Below the pieces are notes generated by a model, which made no database searches, was not told where the DNA came from, and saw only the letters and a program-made list of their open reading frames with translations. This document shows, one piece after another, positions 29,398-38,808 of a stretch of DNA of 64,000 nucleotides. The DNA comes from Candidatus Doudnabacteria bacterium (GTDB lineage Bacteria > Patescibacteriota > Doudnabacteria > UBA920 > O2-02-FULL-48-8), in the NCBI GenBank assembly GCA_016186915.1, contig JACPKU010000006.1, forward strand, positions 80,921 to 144,920. The letters run 5' to 3'. Made by a program: the position numbers and the translations under genes. Numbering within the stretch: the first letter of the stretch is position 1; each line of letters opens with the position of its first letter.

Positions 29398-30134
29398 CGC
29401 TTTGGATATTATTTAAAACTAATTTTAAAATCATAATCCGCGACAAAAAAGGATTTTTTTGGGGCATCATTCTTCCGGCCGGCCTTTACATTGCCTTATC
29501 CATCCTGCCTGTAGACAGTTTAATTAAATTGAATATAAAATATTCCACTTATTTACTGCCTGGAATAATTGCGATGACGATTATGCAAGCGGGTATTTAC
29601 AGTTTGGCTTACTGGATGGTTGATTTAAAATCCCGGGGGGTGGTGAAGCGATTGCAAGTGACCCCGCTTAAGAAAAGTGAATTGATCATCAGTCTGCTTT
29701 TGTCCCGGGCTTTGTATATGCTTATACAGGTGGTATTTTTAACCCTGTTAGGCGTCTTTTTCTTTGGCGCTGATTTTTCGGGCAACTTGCTGTTTCCGTT
29801 TATTTTGACCGTGCTCGGCGGCTTTGTTTTTTTACTATTCGGGCTATTAATCGCTTCTTTTGCCGACACTTATCACGCCGCCGCACCCATGACGGCCGGA
29901 CTGGGCTTGCCGTTTATATTTTTGGGCAATGTCTTTTATCCCTTAGACGCTTTGCCTGCTGTGTTGCAGACAATCGCCAAAGCTTTGCCGTTGAATTATC
30001 TGGCTGAAGGATTCAGAACAGCTTATCTCTCACCCGAAAACCTTGAAATTATTTACAAAGACTTATTTATTCTCTTGGTCTGGGAGGTGGCGATGTTTGT
30101 TTTGACATTGTCCATATTCAAATTCGAAGAATAA
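29394..30134 (+). CDS. ABC-2 type transporter permease
   Basis: 6 predicted TM segments, overlaps ATPase stop by 4 nt (operon). Confidence 0.7.
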   Translation: MTLWILFKTNFKIIIRDKKGFFWGIILPAGLYIALSILPVDSLIKLNIKYSTYLLPGIIAMTIMQAGIYSLAYWMVDLKSRGVVKRLQVTPLKKSELIISLLLSRALYMLIQVVFLTLLGVFFFGADFSGNLLFPFILTVLGGFVFLLFGLLIASFADTYHAAAPMTAGLGLPFIFLGNVFYPLDALPAVLQTIAKALPLNYLAEGFRTAYLSPENLEIIYKDLFILLVWEVAMFVLTLSIFKFEE

Positions 30135-30347
30135 GACGCTTGGTGCTGGTCTGCAAGCAGCCCCTCGCTTAAGAAGTTTAAGGGAGACATTGACGCATGT
30201 ATTAAATAAATTTAAAATAATGGTATGAATCCCGTTAGAAATAGTTATATCTATGCTAAAGCAACGCGATAAATTTTATAAGCACTTCTTGGAATTTATA
30301 ATAATTAATGCGCCGTTCACGTTTAGGCGCAAGCAATTTCTAACGGG

Positions 30348-30686
30348 ATGAAGATAGCCATTAAGGGGACAAATTTACAGCTCACGTCCTCAATCAAGCA
30401 ATACGTGGAAGAGAAAGTCGGCAATTTGGATAAATACCTCAAGCATGTGATTGAGGCCAAGGTGGAACTGGAAAAAGACCGGCACCATCATACCGGAGAT
30501 GTAATGCGCGCAGAAGTGATGCTTGTGCTAGGCAGCAAGATTTTGCGGGCTGACGCCTCCTCCGAAGATATTTTTGCCTCCGTGGATTTAGTAATTCCCA
30601 AGCTCAAAGAACAAATTTCGAAATTTAAGGACAAAAGAGAGACGCTAAAGCGCCGCGGGGCGCGCAGTGCCAAGAAAAAATTCTAA
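30348..30686 (+). CDS. hpf: ribosome hibernation promoting factor / RaiA family
   Basis: MKIAIKGTNLQLTSSIKQYVEEKVGNLDKYL... typical HPF short form. Confidence 0.8.
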   Translation: MKIAIKGTNLQLTSSIKQYVEEKVGNLDKYLKHVIEAKVELEKDRHHHTGDVMRAEVMLVLGSKILRADASSEDIFASVDLVIPKLKEQISKFKDKRETLKRRGARSAKKKF

Positions 30687-30746
30687 CAATCCCTTGACAA
30701 TGTTTCTCTTTGCTTTACAATTAACTTGTTTTGCAATTAAGAATTT

Positions 30747-30780
30747 ATAAATTGAACAAGCGCAACAACTTTAAGAAGTT
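30747..30780 (+). repeat. 34-bp perfect direct repeat copy 1 (ataaattgaacaagcgcaacaactttaagaagtt)
   Basis: Identical copy at 30858..30891; the copies flank a GC hairpin ccgcc-uac-guccg-acucaag-cggac-uuc-ggcgg. Confidence 0.9.
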
Positions 30781-30857
30781 CCCGCCTACGTCCGACTCAA
30801 GCGGACTTCGGCGGACAAGAGTGGATGTGAGTCACTTCGTTAATTAATCTAGGCAGC

Positions 30858-30891
30858 ATAAATTGAACAAGCGCAACAACTTTAAGAAGTT
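30858..30891 (+). repeat. 34-bp perfect direct repeat copy 2
   Basis: Overlaps the track start (TTG 30863) of the decarboxylase ORF. Confidence 0.9.
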
Positions 30892-30904
30892 TTGGAAACT
30901 CGGG

Positions 30905-32233
30905 ATGGAAGAGTTCAACACTCAACTTTTTGATTTGAGTCCAACCGGCGACTTGGTAGTCAAAGAGGGTTACTATCAATACAATATCATTGATATTGTC
31001 AAGAAATTCGGCACTCCGACCGAGGTGTTTTTCCCTTATATTTTGGAGAGCCGTTTGCGAGATGTGATTGATCTGTTTAACGCCTTTATTAAAATTCTCG
31101 GCTACAAAGGCAAATTTTACTATCATTACGTAATGAAGGTAAACCAGAACCGGGAATACGTGCTGGCGGCGATTGCGGAAGGAGCGCATATCGAGGTGTC
31201 TTCTGCCAACGAGTTGTTTATAGTTAAGAAGATGTTGGAAAAGGATAAGTTTAACCCGCGGATCAGAGTTACCTGCAACGGGCCAAAAACCGAGCAGTAT
31301 ATCAGATTGATTGAAGAGCTAAGGAGTAAGGGACTGATTGTGGTCCCTGTTATCGAGAACCAAGAGGAATTTGAGCGGCTTAAAAAGTTTAAGGGCGACG
31401 TGGGAGTGAGAGTTGATCTGGATGTGAAGATTAAGGCCCATTTTGATAAAAAATTTAATCACTTCGGCTTCGCCGAAGATGAATTACGCAAGATTGGTAA
31501 AATCAGGAATTTGTCAATTTTACACTATCATATCTCGACTCAGACAGAAACTATTGAAGGTTTTGTGAAGCCGCTTAGGCGCGCGATTAAACTCTACGCC
31601 GATCTGAAGAAACATAACCCCGGTTTGGATACGATTAATTTCGGCGGGGGCTTAGGCGTGCCATTTGAAAAAAACCGGAAATTTTATACCACGAAAAATT
31701 TGGTCAATCAGATCATTAAGAATGCCAAAAAAGAATGCGATAAGTTGGAAGTCAAGCATCCAAACTTAGTATCCGAGTGGGGGAGTTATGTGACAGCACC
31801 TTCTCAGATCACTGTCTTTAAAGTCTTGGCTGAAAAGCAAGTCAACGGTAAGAATAATCTTAAATGGTATTTTGTCGACGGCAGTTTTATCGCGCATCTG
31901 ACTGACACGTGGTCTGTGCTACGGCACAAGTGGCACCTGATTCCCGCAAATCATTTAAATGCGAGGAAGCTGCAGAAAGTCTGGCTGGCAGGATCGACCT
32001 GCGACGCTGACGACCGTTATACCGCAGGAGGCAGTTATATGATGATGCCGAAAATTGAAGAAGGGGACGATTTATATATTGTTGCTTTTGATACAGGAGC
32101 TTACCAGGGGTCTCTCTCGAATAATCACTGTTTGCTTTCCAATCCGGCTTTGGTGGTTTGTCAGAATGGCGAAGCTCGGCTGGCACAGCGTCGCGAAACC
32201 CCGGAGGATGTGGCCAAACAGTTTGGGTGGTGA
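30905..32233 (+). CDS. PLP-dependent fold-type III decarboxylase (Orn/DAP/Arg decarboxylase family; arginine decarboxylase inferred from neighbours)
   Basis: FGGGLGVPF glycine-rich PLP-phosphate loop, C-terminal GSTCDADD (substrate/dimer-interface Cys motif); gene order with agmatinase and DHS-like genes. ATG 30905 preferred over TTG 30863, which lies in the direct repeat. Confidence 0.65.
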   Translation: MEEFNTQLFDLSPTGDLVVKEGYYQYNIIDIVKKFGTPTEVFFPYILESRLRDVIDLFNAFIKILGYKGKFYYHYVMKVNQNREYVLAAIAEGAHIEVSSANELFIVKKMLEKDKFNPRIRVTCNGPKTEQYIRLIEELRSKGLIVVPVIENQEEFERLKKFKGDVGVRVDLDVKIKAHFDKKFNHFGFAEDELRKIGKIRNLSILHYHISTQTETIEGFVKPLRRAIKLYADLKKHNPGLDTINFGGGLGVPFEKNRKFYTTKNLVNQIIKNAKKECDKLEVKHPNLVSEWGSYVTAPSQITVFKVLAEKQVNGKNNLKWYFVDGSFIAHLTDTWSVLRHKWHLIPANHLNARKLQKVWLAGSTCDADDRYTAGGSYMMMPKIEEGDDLYIVAFDTGAYQGSLSNNHCLLSNPALVVCQNGEARLAQRRETPEDVAKQFGW

Positions 32234-32433
32234 AGGCTCGCTGTTTATTTTGTGAAAAGACAGCGTCAAATTTTGCTGGACGCAAAATTTGCGCCTAAGC
32301 TCTCGGCCAGCCGCTGGCAAAAGCGGCCGGCCTGCGAGATTCTTTTCAAAAACAAACAGCTCACAGGGGCATGTGGTAGGCTACGCAAGTTAGTTTTTTG
32401 CTAAGTCATCGCTAAATAATTTAGAGGAGTTTT

Positions 32434-33423
32434 ATGGGGCTAATAAGAGATTTTATCAAACACAACTTTCGTCATTTTAACGCCGCCGTTGTCGTGGACG
32501 CCTCGGAAGCTTATATTAAGTTTCTGAATGAGGGCAATAAAATCATGGTCACCCTGGCCGGCGCGATGAGCACGGCAGAGTTGGGCGTGTCGTTGGCCGA
32601 AATGATCCGCCAGAATAAGGTGCACGCAATTACTTGTACCGGCGCTAATTTGGAAGAAGACATTTTTAACCTTGTCGCGCGCAACCACTATGTAAGACTG
32701 CCGCATTATCGCCAGCTCGCTCCCACGGACGAAGTGGAGTTGCTTAACAAGGGACTGAATCGAGTGACCGATACAACGATTCCAGAGGAAGAGGCAATGC
32801 GTCGAATTGAGCGGCAGGTTCTAAAACTATGGAAGCGGGCCGATAAAAAGGGCGAGCGATACTTTCCTTATGAATTTATGTATCAATTGATTCGAGAGGG
32901 ACTGATCCAGGAATTTTATCAAATTGATCCCAAGGATTCTTGGATGGTGGCGGCAAGTGAGAAAAATTTGCCGATTTGGACCCCGGGGTGGGAGGATTCT
33001 ACGCTTGGGAATATTTTTGTAGCTTTAACCAAAGGGCGAGGTAAAAACTATTACGGAGAGAATATTAAGAATATTGGCCTTGTTAAATCCGGACTTGAGG
33101 CCATGGTGACATTGGCTGATTGGTATTTGGAAAATACAAAAGATAAAGAGGTTGGATTTTTTCAAATAGGTGGGGGTATAGCTGGGGATTTTCCGATCTG
33201 TGTAGTACCTATGATTCAGCAAGACCTCAAGATTGACTGCAAGCTTTGGGGATATTTCTGCCAGATTTCGGACTCCACAACTTCTTACGGATCTTATAGC
33301 GGTGCTGTGCCAAATGAAAAAATAACTTGGGGTAAACTGAGTGTGGATACGCCAAGATTTATCATTGAATCAGACGCTACAATCGTAGCGCCTTTGATGT
33401 TTGCGTATATTTTGGACTGGTAA
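32434..33423 (+). CDS. deoxyhypusine synthase-like protein (probable homospermidine synthase)
   Basis: DHS-family length and motifs (TLAGAMSTAELG...TCTGANLEED...QIGGGIAGDFPI). Confidence 0.7.
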   Translation: MGLIRDFIKHNFRHFNAAVVVDASEAYIKFLNEGNKIMVTLAGAMSTAELGVSLAEMIRQNKVHAITCTGANLEEDIFNLVARNHYVRLPHYRQLAPTDEVELLNKGLNRVTDTTIPEEEAMRRIERQVLKLWKRADKKGERYFPYEFMYQLIREGLIQEFYQIDPKDSWMVAASEKNLPIWTPGWEDSTLGNIFVALTKGRGKNYYGENIKNIGLVKSGLEAMVTLADWYLENTKDKEVGFFQIGGGIAGDFPICVVPMIQQDLKIDCKLWGYFCQISDSTTSYGSYSGAVPNEKITWGKLSVDTPRFIIESDATIVAPLMFAYILDW

Positions 33424-33424
33424 T

Positions 33425-34357
33425 ATGTCAAAATTTGATTTTAGAAAAGGGTTTCAACCAATGGGTTTCTTGGGGCCAGAGGCCCTTCCCAAACCTCCGG
33501 TTTTGCCCACATATGAAACTTCTGAAGTGGTGGTTTTGCCATTTGGCTATGAAGGCACGGTGACTTTTGGGCACGGCACGGCCAATGGTCCGAGAGGGTT
33601 GATTGAGGCGTCATATCAGGTTGAGAGTTTTGATGACGAATTGCTTGATGATTACTTTAATCTAGTAAAAATTTGGACAACGCAGCAGCCGGATCTGCCC
33701 ACGGATCCGCTGGAAGCCGTAGCACTGTTGAAAAATTTGGTCCTGCAGTTGTTTGCTGATGGGAAATTCCCCATAGCGATAGGCGGGGAGCACGGTATTA
33801 GTTATGGATACGCTCAAGCGCTGAGCGAAACGTTTAAGGATATCTCGGTTTTGGTTTTTGATTCACATATGGATTTGCACGACCGCTCATCAGGCCGGGA
33901 TTTCAGCCACGCGGCTTGGCTAAAGTATTCTTTAGATTTGTTGAATTTCAAGCAGGCCACTCTCGTGGGTATACGGAATTTCAATAAAAACGAGCACGAA
34001 TTTTGGAAGGCAAATCCGGATAAGATAAAGGTTTTTTTCTCCAAGGACCGCGCCAACTGGAAAATTGAAGAAATTGTACATAGTCTAGGCGATAATGTTT
34101 ATCTAAGTTTTGACATGGATTTTTTTGATTCTTCGGTGATGCCTTCTACAGGCACGCCGGAACCGGGGGGCCCTGGGTGGGACGAAGTTCTGCCTATTCT
34201 ACGAGCGGTTTGCGCCAAGAAAAACATTATTGGCATGGATTTGGTGGAGTTAGCGCCGATCAAAGGGCTGCAGGCCCCGGATTTTTTGGCTGCTAAGCTT
34301 TTGCTGAAAATGATTTTGTATAAGTTCAAGGCTAAGGCTTTAGGTGGTAATAAATAG
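33425..34357 (+). CDS. speB: agmatinase / ureohydrolase family
   Basis: Mn-binding motifs GGEHGIS, DSHMDLHD, SFDMDFFDSS of arginase/agmatinase family; ATG 33425 immediately after DHS stop. Confidence 0.75.
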   Translation: MSKFDFRKGFQPMGFLGPEALPKPPVLPTYETSEVVVLPFGYEGTVTFGHGTANGPRGLIEASYQVESFDDELLDDYFNLVKIWTTQQPDLPTDPLEAVALLKNLVLQLFADGKFPIAIGGEHGISYGYAQALSETFKDISVLVFDSHMDLHDRSSGRDFSHAAWLKYSLDLLNFKQATLVGIRNFNKNEHEFWKANPDKIKVFFSKDRANWKIEEIVHSLGDNVYLSFDMDFFDSSVMPSTGTPEPGGPGWDEVLPILRAVCAKKNIIGMDLVELAPIKGLQAPDFLAAKLLLKMILYKFKAKALGGNK

Positions 34358-34514
34358 AAATAAGAAAGCGAGTGATTAGGTTTTTACTATCACGATAGCT
34401 ATTGTGATAGTACTTGTTATGATGATGGGAACGTGTTAACCTCAAAGGATATATACGACGGATAAATACGACGGAAAGTGCGCGGCTGCGAAAAAGACGA
34501 AATGCTGGCTGCGT

Positions 34515-34548
34515 GTTTATATTTATAACGATCGTGAAAAATATAAAC
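34515..34548. repeat. palindromic element GTTTATA-tttataACGATCGTgaaaaa-TATAAAC (copy 1)
   Basis: Second, perfect copy at 48585..48618; shared flanks cgtg...aaacagSgg. Confidence 0.8.
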
Positions 34549-34771
34549 AGGGGCCTTAGGGCCTTGGCTTTCTTTTTGTGTGCTTTCTTTTTGCGGCGAT
34601 ATTGAGTATAATAAGCAGGTATTATGCCAGGTAGTAGAATTTTATTATATGTTTTGCTCAAGCGAAACATCTAATAAAACCATTGGATAAATTCAGATTA
34701 AATTACTACCGGCATCGCAAATCGAATCCAGATAGATAAATTATCATCTAATCAGACTTTCACTACCTGGT

Positions 34772-37399
34772 ATGTCATTTTTAGGCAAGATATTCGGGCA
34801 TTCAAACCAAGGCGAGATCAGTAGACTCAACAGGGTCGTTAAGCAGATTAATGATCTGGAACCTGAGTTTGAAAAGAAATCGCAAGAAGAATTAATAGCA
34901 CTTACAGTCAACTGGAAGAAAGAGTTGGCTGATTTGTCTTTAGTTGAGGCTAGAAATTATTTGGATAAGATATTGCCTCAGGCCTTTGCGGCCGCCAGAG
35001 AAGCCGCGAAGAGAACGTTGAAGCAGCGGCACTATGATGTGCAGTTAGTTGGCGGCTTGGTACTTCATCAAGGCAATATTGCGGAAATGAAGACGGGTGA
35101 AGGCAAAACGCTGGTGGCGACTCTCCCGCTGTATTTAAACGCGCTCGCGGGCAGGGGCGCGCACTTGGTTACCGTCAATGACTACTTGGCCCGTTGGCAA
35201 GCTTCTTGGATGGGCCAGGTTTATCGTTATTTGGGTTTGAGTGTCGCCTCGATTCAACACGAGCAGGCTTTTTTGTATGATCCGGGGTTTGCGCCGGAGG
35301 AAGAGGAAATAAAAAATATTGAGTCCCAGGTTCAAGGGCTGGTTATAGACGTCAAACACATGCGCCCCACTTCGCGCAAAGAGGCTTACAACGCTGACAT
35401 TACCTATGGCACCAACAATGAATACGGCTTTGATTATTTGCGGGACAACATGGTTTGGCAAAAACACCAGATGGTGCAGAGGGATTTATTTTACGCGATT
35501 GTTGACGAGGTGGACTCAATTTTGGTTGATGAAGCCAGAACGCCTTTGATTATCTCCGCGCCAGACACGGAGTCGACAGATAAGTACTTTGAGTTTGCTA
35601 AATTCGTGGATAAACTGACAGAAGATACTGATTACAACGTTGATGAAAAGAAAAAAGCCGCCACTCTGACTGAAGCCGGCATCGCCACGCTCGAAAAGCT
35701 TTTAGGGGTTAGCAATATTTATGATAAAGACGGGATTGCCACAGTGCATCATATTGAACAGGCGCTGCGAGCAAAAACTTTGTTTAAAAAAGATATCAAC
35801 TATGTGGTTAAAGGCGGGGAGATTGTGATCGTGGACGAATTTACTGGGAGGCTTATGTATGGTAGACGCTATTCGCAGGGCCTGCACCAAGCCATCGAAG
35901 CCAAAGAGGGCGTGAAAGTTCAGCAGGAAAGCAAGACTTTGGCCACCATCACTTTTCAGAATTATTTCCGGCTTTACAACAAACTTGCCGGCATGACCGG
36001 CACGGCTGAAACCGAAGCCGAGGAATTTGCCAAGATTTATAATCTGGAAGTGGTGCAGATCCCGACCAACAAGCCCGTGGTTCGACAAGACTTGCCGGAT
36101 CAAGTGTATAAGACCGTGAATGGTAAGTACTTAGCCGCGTCGCGCGTGATCAAGGAAAAGCACGAAACAGGACAGCCGGTGCTGGTGGGCACCATCTCGA
36201 TTGAGAAAAACGAGATACTGTCGAAAATTTTGACTGAGCAGGGGGTGCCGCACCAGATGTTGAATGCCAAGAACAATGAAAAAGAAGCCAAGATTATTTC
36301 TGAAGCCGGCAAAATGGGGGCGGTCACATTGGCCACCAATATTGCGGGGCGAGGCGTGGACATTATTTTGGGTGGCAGCGAAGGAAATCCCGAAGAACAG
36401 GAAAAAGTGAAATCCTTGGGCGGCTTGTCAGTGTTGGGCACAGAACGGCATGAATCGAGGCGCATAGACAACCAGCTGCGGGGACGATCCGGCCGGCAAG
36501 GCGACCCTGGTTCCTCACAGTTTTTCTTGTCTTTGGAAGACGATTTGATGCGATTGTTCGGCGGCGAACGGGTCGGTAAATTGATGCAGACTCTGGGCAT
36601 TCCGGAAGATCAACCGATTGAGCACGGTATTATTTCCAAATCCATTGAATCAGCGCAGAGAAAAATTGAAGGATTTAACTTTGATGCCAGAAAACACGTT
36701 TTGGAATATGATGACGTGATGAACAAACAGCGCACCACGATCTACAGAAAGCGACGCGAGATTTTGGACAGTACAGAACCGATCAGTGATCAAATCCTCG
36801 GGCTTGTAAAGCAAGAAATTCAAGAAGTTGTGAATTTCCACTTGCAGGAAGAACCGCCCAATCTCAAAGAGATTTATCAGGTCATGGCCACGATTATGCC
36901 GATCACCCAAGAGCACGTCAAAGAGCTTAGCAGTCCTGAGGAACTGACGGAACATTTCAGGAAACTCGCGGAAGAGTTTTATCAGGCAAAAAAAACGAAA
37001 GTGGGAGAGCAGGTGATGGCGCAGTTGGAAAGATTTGTTTACTTGCGTTCGATTGACACCCTGTGGCAGGAGCATCTGGACACGATGGAGCATTTGCGCG
37101 ACTCTGTGCGCCTGCGCGGATACGGCCAACGCGATCCACTGCTCGAGTTTAAGCGGGAAGGTTATGACGTGTTTCAACGCTTATTGCAGGAAATAGACAA
37201 GCAGGTTGTGTATACGATTTTTAAAGTGGATGTAGCTCCTCAACAACCACAAAGACCAGCCAATGTTTCTGCCAGTGCCGATTTCGGTCAAATCGGCCGC
37301 AACGACCCCTGCCCGTGCGGAGCGATCAATCCCGATACAGGCAAGGTTTATAAGTATAAGAAGTGTGGATTGATAAATGCGTCTTACCACAAAGGATAG
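34772..37399 (+). CDS. secA: preprotein translocase ATPase SecA
   Basis: 875 aa; DEAD-like motor motifs, C-terminal zinc finger CPCG...C; MSFLGKIFG N-terminus. Confidence 0.95.
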   Translation: MSFLGKIFGHSNQGEISRLNRVVKQINDLEPEFEKKSQEELIALTVNWKKELADLSLVEARNYLDKILPQAFAAAREAAKRTLKQRHYDVQLVGGLVLHQGNIAEMKTGEGKTLVATLPLYLNALAGRGAHLVTVNDYLARWQASWMGQVYRYLGLSVASIQHEQAFLYDPGFAPEEEEIKNIESQVQGLVIDVKHMRPTSRKEAYNADITYGTNNEYGFDYLRDNMVWQKHQMVQRDLFYAIVDEVDSILVDEARTPLIISAPDTESTDKYFEFAKFVDKLTEDTDYNVDEKKKAATLTEAGIATLEKLLGVSNIYDKDGIATVHHIEQALRAKTLFKKDINYVVKGGEIVIVDEFTGRLMYGRRYSQGLHQAIEAKEGVKVQQESKTLATITFQNYFRLYNKLAGMTGTAETEAEEFAKIYNLEVVQIPTNKPVVRQDLPDQVYKTVNGKYLAASRVIKEKHETGQPVLVGTISIEKNEILSKILTEQGVPHQMLNAKNNEKEAKIISEAGKMGAVTLATNIAGRGVDIILGGSEGNPEEQEKVKSLGGLSVLGTERHESRRIDNQLRGRSGRQGDPGSSQFFLSLEDDLMRLFGGERVGKLMQTLGIPEDQPIEHGIISKSIESAQRKIEGFNFDARKHVLEYDDVMNKQRTTIYRKRREILDSTEPISDQILGLVKQEIQEVVNFHLQEEPPNLKEIYQVMATIMPITQEHVKELSSPEELTEHFRKLAEEFYQAKKTKVGEQVMAQLERFVYLRSIDTLWQEHLDTMEHLRDSVRLRGYGQRDPLLEFKREGYDVFQRLLQEIDKQVVYTIFKVDVAPQQPQRPANVSASADFGQIGRNDPCPCGAINPDTGKVYKYKKCGLINASYHKG

Positions 37400-37508
37400 A
37401 GCGGAGTCCTCCAAAGCTTTTAGCGACGGAGGACGGCAGTGGCAAGAAATATAAAAAGTGTGGGTTATTGAATACCGATGAGCATCAAAAATTAATGACA
37501 GATAAACA

Positions 37509-37910
37509 ATGAAACAAATAACGGTTAGACTAAAACCGGGACAGGATTTGAGGAAAGAAATTGATAAAATTATCAAAGAGCAGCAGATCAAGGCTGGGGT
37601 GATTTTATCTTTGGTAGGTTCATTGAATAAGGCGGTGCTGCGTATGGCGGGAGCTGTACCCGGAAAAGATGAAATTAAAACTTTTGAAGGTCCATTCGAA
37701 ATCGTTTCCGTCACCGGCACTGTCGGCATGAATGATTGTCATATTCACATCGCGGTTTCAAGCAAAGACGGGTTAGCCTTTGGCGGACATTTAAAGGAAG
37801 GGTGCATAGTCAGGGTGACAGCTGAAGTGGTATTGTTGGTTTTTGATGACATTGAATACAAAAGGCAGTATAATGACAAGACCGGATATGATGAACTATT
37901 GGTAGAATAA
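37509..37910 (+). CDS. PPC/DUF296 domain protein
   Basis: 133 aa; FEIVSVTGTVG...HIHIAVSSKDG..GGHL pattern of PPC (plants and prokaryotes conserved) domain. Confidence 0.55.
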   Translation: MKQITVRLKPGQDLRKEIDKIIKEQQIKAGVILSLVGSLNKAVLRMAGAVPGKDEIKTFEGPFEIVSVTGTVGMNDCHIHIAVSSKDGLAFGGHLKEGCIVRVTAEVVLLVFDDIEYKRQYNDKTGYDELLVE

Positions 37911-37934
37911 CAATTGCTTACTGGCCCGTAAGGA

Positions 37935-37962
37935 AGTGTCCAATTCGCGCGAATTGGACACT
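37935..37962. repeat. 28-bp perfect palindrome containing ATTCGCGCGAAT core
   Basis: agtgtccaATTCGCGCGAATtggacact; same 12-bp core recurs at 59669, 60012, 60783, 61206. Confidence 0.85.
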
Positions 37963-38054
37963 TGGTAGGCAGATATTATAAGTCCTTAATAAGATCTCAA
38001 TAGGGCCGGCTCCGTCTGACGGGGCAGGCAAGGGCGGGATGAGAGAGGAGAAAC

Positions 38055-38252
38055 ATGAGAGTAGTCAAGCCAAGCGAGAAGATATTAACCAAAATGCTTG
38101 GTATAATCAAAAAGCGGCCGGGGATTAGGCCGCGTGAAATTAATCGGCTTTTGGGACGCGGACATTCGGCGAGTTTGCGGAATACTCTGATTCAGCAGGG
38201 GCTGGTGAGAAAAGACAAGCGAGGGAACGGAGAGTGCGATACTATTTTATAG
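38055..38252 (+). CDS. small hypothetical protein, possible winged-helix
   Basis: RBS gagaggag 5 nt before ATG; 65 aa basic. Confidence 0.35.
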   Translation: MRVVKPSEKILTKMLGIIKKRPGIRPREINRLLGRGHSASLRNTLIQQGLVRKDKRGNGECDTIL

Positions 38253-38269
38253 GTTAAAATAGGGATAAT

Positions 38270-38755
38270 ATGTCTGATAAGAACAATAAGAAAGAGATAG
38301 TGGTCGCGGTAAGCGGGGGATTTGACCCGATTCATCCGGGGCACATCCGGCTTTTTCATGAAGCTAAAAGTTTGGGAGACAAACTGGTGGTGATTTTGAA
38401 CAATGATCATTGGCTGCTCAAGAAAAAAGGTTTTGTGTTTATGAATGAAAAGGAGCGGAAAGAAGTGCTTGAAGGCTTGCGTGACGTCGATCAAGTGCTG
38501 TTAACCAAACATCCGAAGAATCCGGAGGATACCAGTGTTAGCCAGGCTTTGAAAGAAATTAAGCCTGACATATTTGCCAATGGCGGCGATCGCAAGATTC
38601 ACAATGTGCCTGAAGTCGATGTATGTAAAAATCTTGGCTGTAAAATGGCGTGGAACGTGGGGCATGGCGGCAAAATCCAGTCCAGCTCCGAACTGGTGGA
38701 CAAAGCAATTAAGACTGCACCAAGGAAAATAAAGGTTAGAGTAAAGCATAGATAA
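38270..38755 (+). CDS. cytidylyltransferase-like nucleotidyltransferase (HIGH-motif; RfaE domain II / TagD-like)
   Basis: VAVSGGFDPIHPGHIRLF HxGH motif; 161 aa. Confidence 0.65.
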   Translation: MSDKNNKKEIVVAVSGGFDPIHPGHIRLFHEAKSLGDKLVVILNNDHWLLKKKGFVFMNEKERKEVLEGLRDVDQVLLTKHPKNPEDTSVSQALKEIKPDIFANGGDRKIHNVPEVDVCKNLGCKMAWNVGHGGKIQSSSELVDKAIKTAPRKIKVRVKHR

Positions 38756-38808
38756 CCGCTTGTGGCGCTTGGGATTTTTTAGTATAATAGAATCCGTGGA
38801 TTATTTTA

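Noticed and set aside
36100-37729. Minus-strand ORFs 36100..36600, 36650..37177, 37181..37729
   Set aside because: Antisense to secA and the PPC-domain gene.
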